Source: Zootoca vivipara (taxonomy: Eukaryota). From it: 64,000 nucleotides of DNA. Of the stretch, positions 59,463 through 64,000 are shown in pieces. Location: assembly GCF_963506605.1 (NCBI RefSeq), contig NC_083283.1, forward strand, positions 6,820,001 to 6,884,000. The letters run 5' to 3'. The notes beneath the pieces are model-generated. The model searched no databases. It saw only the letters and a list, made by a program, of their open reading frames with translations, and had not been told where the DNA came from. The position numbers and the translations under genes were made by a program. The stretch's first letter is position 1. Each line of letters opens with the position of its first letter.

Positions 59463-59756
59463 TACAATTCAGAGCTATAGGGTCCAATGGTCACTTCGCT
59501 CCTTATGCTTCTTTGGTATATGATTAGGTGAACTATAAATGTCCTTAAAAAATTAAGTTTTCATATGTGGAACTTCTCATGTTTGGACTAAGGCAGCCAA
59601 ACCTCATCTCCCTTGAACAAAAAAAGAAATATCAGCAGATTTGGCATAAATATCTAAATAAGTAGAAACTATAGTGTCTTATCGCAACTAGAGTGATATA
59701 GCTAAAACCTATATTCTTTGGAGTCATCATAAGCGAATTTCAACAGAAGTATGCAC

Positions 59757-60686
59757 TTACTTTGTAGAGTTTTCTTCCTCTTTGAAAACATTCTGGAGCC
59801 TGGCTTCCATGCTCTCCCTAGGTCTGCCTCTCTTCTGTCTCCCAATCAGGAAATATATCAAAGGGTTCACACTGCTGTTAAGAGCAGTGTTTAAGTAGCA
59901 AAAAGGTAAGGAATAGGGCATTGGTGAATGAAAAATATAAGTGGACATGTAATAGGCATTCATTGGAAAAGACAAAAAGATGAAGAAGAACAGAGTAAGC
60001 AGGATAACCATTAGTAGTTTTCCCCGCTTTCGTTGTTGTGATTTAAAGCAGACCTTGATAAACAGGATCAGGGTGGAGAAAGCCATGAGTGGTAGGCAAA
60101 AGAAGCCATTAAAAGTATACTGATAGTATTTTATGAGATCCTGTTTTTCCTTAATAGTCAGGAGGGCAATGAAGTGAATTCCAGGGAGAAGGAAAGAAAA
60201 CACCCATATTAAGGCACACACAATGGTGGGCAAATGTGGCGGCCGGTGGCATCGGTACCAAAGTGGGAACAGGACAGACACACACCTGTCAAGGCTGATA
60301 GCTGTCAGCAGAAACTGACCGGCATTGTACATGGATTGGAAAACGTCACCAAGGAATACATTCAGAATGCTCTCATTCAGACCTCCTACTACCCAAACTA
60401 CTTCTAAAATCAATTCAATTGTGAGTAAGCCAAAGTCAGCAATGGCGAGGTTCAGGATGTACGCGGTAAAAGGGCTCCCCTTAATACGGAAGCCAAGCAA
60501 CCAGATGACATTTCCAGTCCCCCAGCACCCCAAAATGCAAATTATAATTATTAATACAAATACAACATATGTTTCTAATCCATAATGCACAATCGATTTG
60601 GGGTCATCATTACTGTTGCTATTGTTGGAAAAAGCAGTTTCATTGTACAAAGGGGACAAAGATGTAAGGTTGAAACTGGTCGTCAT
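59757..60686 (-). CDS. MAS-related GPCR copy 9 (second subfamily), 309 aa, C-terminally shortened
   Basis: 7TM ORF, ATG at 60686; stop TAA is followed in frame by VHTSVEIRL* homologous to the copy 8 tail. Confidence 0.82.
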   Translation of the reverse strand: MTTSFNLTSLSPLYNETAFSNNSNSNDDPKSIVHYGLETYVVFVLIIIICILGCWGTGNVIWLLGFRIKGSPFTAYILNLAIADFGLLTIELILEVVWVVGGLNESILNVFLGDVFQSMYNAGQFLLTAISLDRCVSVLFPLWYRCHRPPHLPTIVCALIWVFSFLLPGIHFIALLTIKEKQDLIKYYQYTFNGFFCLPLMAFSTLILFIKVCFKSQQRKRGKLLMVILLTLFFFIFLSFPMNAYYMSTYIFHSPMPYSLPFCYLNTALNSSVNPLIYFLIGRQKRGRPRESMEARLQNVFKEEENSTK

Positions 60687-60937
60687 CTCCAATCTTGGTT
60701 TCCGTGCTTCTTCTGGTGTATATATTCCTGCTGGAAGTAAAGAATCAAGGGTGGAATTAGTCTTTGCTAATGAAGCTGAGCAAATGAAGATTGAATTAAA
60801 GCTTTCTGTTTAGTCTTTCTTGCCTCATCCATTATAGCAATTTCATAAAATATTGTTGAATTGAAATATTTCTTCCTGGCTCATCTCCAGTTACTGTTGC
60901 ATTTTCAGGAACACACATAAAAATAATGATAATTATT

Positions 60938-61095
60938 AGCCTGGATAGTTCAGTTGGTTAGAGCTTGATATTGGCAACGTCAAGGTTGCAGGTTCAATCC
61001 CTTTATGGGACTGCTGCAGATTCCTGCATTGCAGGTGATTGGACGAGATTATCCTCTGTGTTACTTCCAGCTCTACAGTTCTATGATTCTATGAC
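60938..61095 (+). mobile_element. tRNA-head SINE with CR1-type tail
   Basis: TAGTTCAGTTGGTTAGAGC, GCAGGTTCAATCCC, then CR1-like end TTCTATGATTCTATGA. Confidence 0.7.
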
Positions 61096-64000
61096 CTTAT
61101 TCTACGTGCTCTGAATTGATTAATTTTTCTATCTTTCCATACATTCCTGTAGATTTTTAAAAACAATTCCAGGTTGAAGCTGAACTGCAGATAGTTGCTG
61201 AGATAATCCCTCTTTCTTCTCCATTCCTGCAGAGCATGGAATCATAGAATCATAGAGGTGGAAGCAGAGTTTCACCCTCAATATGGGTCTCCAATTAGAG
61301 TGACCAAGGCTGATTCAGTCTGCAAACTGCACCTGAATCGAGACTGAAGTGCCCTGAAAATTCTTACGGCATGTTGCTATGTGTGCTAATGCCAAATAAT
61401 ATGATTTATCAGTAAGAAAACATGCTTAGCTACAAGTGTGCTCAGAAACTTATCTATTATTATCTTTTATCAATTAAATTTCCTTCATTCGAGGATCACA
61501 GGGTGGTTTACAATATTAAAAAAACCCACAAAAATGCATACCATCATAACAAACAAAAACAATACCCCACCGCAGGTTAAACGGCTAACTATTATTTAAT
61601 TAGCCAAAGACCTGAAGGAAGATAAATGTATTTACCTAAATATATGTAATGAAGGCACCAGGTGAGTCGCTCTGGGGAGAACATTCTATACGTGTAACAT
61701 TATTAATTGTGTTACATGCCCAGCATAGGGGTGAGGGGAGTCTGCTCTGAACAAATGTTGCTTAAATTTGCATAAAGTGCCCTAAAATGCTGAATAATCT
61801 TAATTTGAATTTTTTTTATTTTAAGAAATGGCAAGTTACTGCAGAAGTGTGGAGAACTGAATTGAATAATGCAAAAATAAAAATAAAAATATGAGGAGTG
61901 GGGAAAACTACAAAGGACAGATTCTTCCATCCCCAGAGGAAACAACTGAGAAGATATGATGGAAGATTACATACTTTCTCTCTTTCTGGACAGCATGGGG
62001 GGGAGACAATTGGGGAGAGTTGGGGGAGGGGAAGAATATGCCATCAAGAATATGCACACACCCGGATTGCAGAATTTTTGTCTTCTTCCCCATTAAATAA
62101 TGGTTGCTTGCAGAGAACATGAAGTCCTGGCGGGACTTGGTCAGTCACCTACTTCATACGCTGCCACGTGGTATGATCTTTTGAAGCCACCAGAGGAGCC
62201 AATGCAGGCAAATGAATGGGTGGTTCTGCAACAGATACCATGCAACAATAGTTATTTATTTAACAACATTTACACAGTATGATCGTGTTCCAGGGGTGGT
62301 GTGCATCTACAAAAAATGCATATACTCAAACCACTTCTTTGGAACTGCCCCCATTCTTATCTTTCTAGGACCATGCACTGAGTGGGCCATGCGTGAGAGC
62401 ATCCTGGATAATATGCTAGGCAGAGAGCTTAAAAGCACTTTCTGCACCAGGAAAACTCTGTACAAAAAAAGAGTTTTTAAGCTCTACACCTTCTGTGCAT
62501 TTCGTCTGTGTGATTTCTTGTTTCAACAGGCTTTTGGGATCTGATGGCTTTTAACAAAAGTGCTAGTGCTGTGTTGCTTTCATTGTAATTATTTGTACGG
62601 TTTTAATAGATTATGTGTATACAGTTTTAATTCTATCAATGTTTAATGGTTTTTTAATGATTGGGTTTCCCCCCCCCCCGTGTTTTTAGTGGTCTGTATT
62701 TTTACCTGTAAGCCACCTTGAGTCAGGCCAGCGAAGAAGGTGGGGTATGAATAAATCTCTAGTAACAATAATAATAATTTACACTGGCTGGCCTTCAGCC
62801 ACATAAAGTCCAATTCACACATGATAAATGTGTGTAAGTTGCAATCATATTTATAATTGTAAAAAAGAAATACTCAAAGTGGTTTACGAAAAGATAGCAT
62901 AGATACAGCATGTCAATTTCTCCTTCGGAACAGAATTTAGTTTTCCTTTTTCTCAACCCACCCTGTTTTTAGTATTATCTTGTACTATAGTGGTTACTAG
63001 AAAACAAGCTTTTCCCTTGCAGTTAGTCATCTTTGCAAAGCTGCTCAGAGAGGGTACATGCAAACTTTAAGGGATGTGCCATCCAAAATACTCAAGTAGT
63101 GTGGATCTCATTGATGGAAAAGATAGATATAACATACATGTGTGTCAGTGACCATCCTGCTATTACTTGGGTCCATGGTCACACTTGGAGAAATTTCAGA
63201 GGAACCCACCACTTAAATGTCAAAAACAGAGAAGGAGATCTGGAAAGGAATACAGTACAGTAGATGAATATGAGCAAAGTCTTTTAGAAATGGGTTGCTT
63301 TCATTTTGGTTAGGATGATGACAAAGAAGTTAAGCCAAAATCTTTAGAGAACAGGTTTTCTTTGAGGAGGATGTGAAGGAAGGGAGAATAGGAAGTGGCA
63401 TCAAAGAAGAGGAAAATGGACCACCCAAAATATCCTACCTTATTCAATCCCACCTGGTTTCCCCCCACAAGGCTTGGGATCTTCTCTTAGAATTCTTGGG
63501 TCTGAATCAATCTCTCTTTTCTGGTTTCAAAAGAGATGTTGCCCATTCAGAAGGCAGCACTCAACCTTGGTCAGACAACATCAGAGAGATTTGTGTTTGT
63601 TCAGGAAAGGTGGGGTAGAAAACCGATATCCTGTTAAAATGTGCAAATCCATTAGCAGGTGCAGGTTCTCTTTCTCCTTCTGGGTTCTTCAGCAATCTTC
63701 TGCATGTGTGATCTGACTTCCTATTTTTAATGGGTTGAGTTATGCAATGTATTGCTGGGTTGATATTGTGTATAATTTGATGTGTTGCATTGTATGTGTC
63801 ATTTGTTATGTGTTATGTGCCATTGTGCATTATGCATTACAGTGCAATCATCACACACAAGAATTCTGTTACAGGTGAAGTGTGTTTGTGCAAAATCCGT
63901 ACATAACCAAAAGCCTCTGGCTAACAATCTGGGGTGATGCCCTGCCCAAAGGCTCTCCCTGTGTCTCCACTGCTTTTCAGTGGTACTTCCGGTTATGAAC

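Noticed and set aside
60938-61010. tRNA gene
   Set aside because: No closed acceptor stem; it continues into a CR1-type tail, so it is a SINE head

Overview
Vertebrate genomic DNA, most likely a squamate and probably a lacertid lizard (inferred from Sauria SINE, BovB, L2, CR1 and Neptune-type Penelope repeats). The backbone is a tandem cluster of single-coding-exon MAS-related GPCR (MRGPR/MAS1-like) genes, all on the minus strand. There are 7 apparently intact ORFs, 1 frameshifted copy, 1 copy C-terminally shortened by a nonsense change, 1 degraded remnant, and probably 1 deleted copy. They fall into two subfamilies built by segmental duplication and mosaic exchange. Two young, near full-length retroelements are inserted. 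One is a Ty1/copia LTR element (43640-48538, minus) with a half-tRNAiMet primer site. The other is a Neptune-type Penelope-like element (52284-56839) nested inside a bipartite BovB derivative; it has inverted and direct pLTRs, each carrying a minimal hammerhead ribozyme. Four tiny ORF-less insertions derived from the hammerhead-bearing pLTR end lie elsewhere in the cluster, two of them just after GPCR stop codons. Many MITEs, SINEs, LINE fragments, solo LTRs and microsatellites fill the rest. All calls come from reading the sequence by eye; no database searches were run.
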